Origin: an uncultured Verrucomicrobiota bacterium
GTDB taxonomy: Bacteria; Verrucomicrobiota; Kiritimatiellia; JAAZAB01
Assembly: GCA_964624095.1 (NCBI GenBank)
Contig: CAZUYI010000001.1
Location: 1-24,887, forward strand
DNA length: 24,887 nucleotides
Direction: 5' to 3'
Shown here: positions 24,870 through 24,887 of the stretch, one piece after another
How the letters are laid out: every line of letters starts with the position of its first letter
How positions within the stretch are numbered: position 1 is the stretch's first letter
Notes under the pieces: generated by a model
The model's input: only the letters and a program-made list of their open reading frames with translations
Told to the model about the DNA's origin: nothing
The model's database searches: none
Position numbers and translations under genes: made by a program

Positions 24870-24887
24870 ATGGACTATCACGACGAG
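24870..24887 (+). CDS. Start of the next operon gene (MDYHDE...), truncated by the window edge
   Basis: GGGAGAG precedes ATG 24870, 29 nt after the cysK stop. Only six codons are visible. Confidence 0.4.

Noticed and set aside
1-24887. CRISPR arrays, tRNA/rRNA genes, IS elements, prophage
   Set aside because: I saw no regularly spaced direct repeats, cloverleaf or rRNA signatures, transposases, integrases or phage structural genes.

Overview
Very GC-rich bacterial DNA, gene-dense, with about 19 intact or edge-truncated CDS plus one 27-codon small ORF below the ORF-track cutoff. It probably comes from an anaerobe, given HydE and an iron-sulfur flavoprotein. The gene mix of CBM9/GHL10, beta-helix, UroD-like and NagB-like proteins suggests a PVC-type organism such as Kiritimatiellae/Lentisphaerae; this is inference only. 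From left to right: a NagB-like gene; an AT-rich convergent spacer holding a possible eroded gene; a tightly coupled minus-strand operon (D-aminoacylase, CBM9-like+GHL10 protein, minimal MGMT, orphan secreted protein); a small membrane peptide; an Isf flavoprotein; rsmE; an orphan amino-acid-binding lipoprotein; an M20 peptidase; an NfeD-flotillin-DUF6786-like operon divergent from an M42 peptidase; a beta-helix protein; a serine hydrolase; and a transglutaminase-like protein. From about 20.0 kb the DNA changes character and becomes a lower-GC sulfur/SAM block. It contains a frameshifted ahcY C-terminal relic, a UroD-like gene, a lone hydE, a possible second relic, a 3-Cys Rrf2 regulator with a promoter-overlapping palindrome, a collapsed MetY/MetB-type relic, and cysK. 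I found no rRNA, tRNA, CRISPR array, transposase or integrase. All family calls come from motif recognition by eye; no database searches were run.
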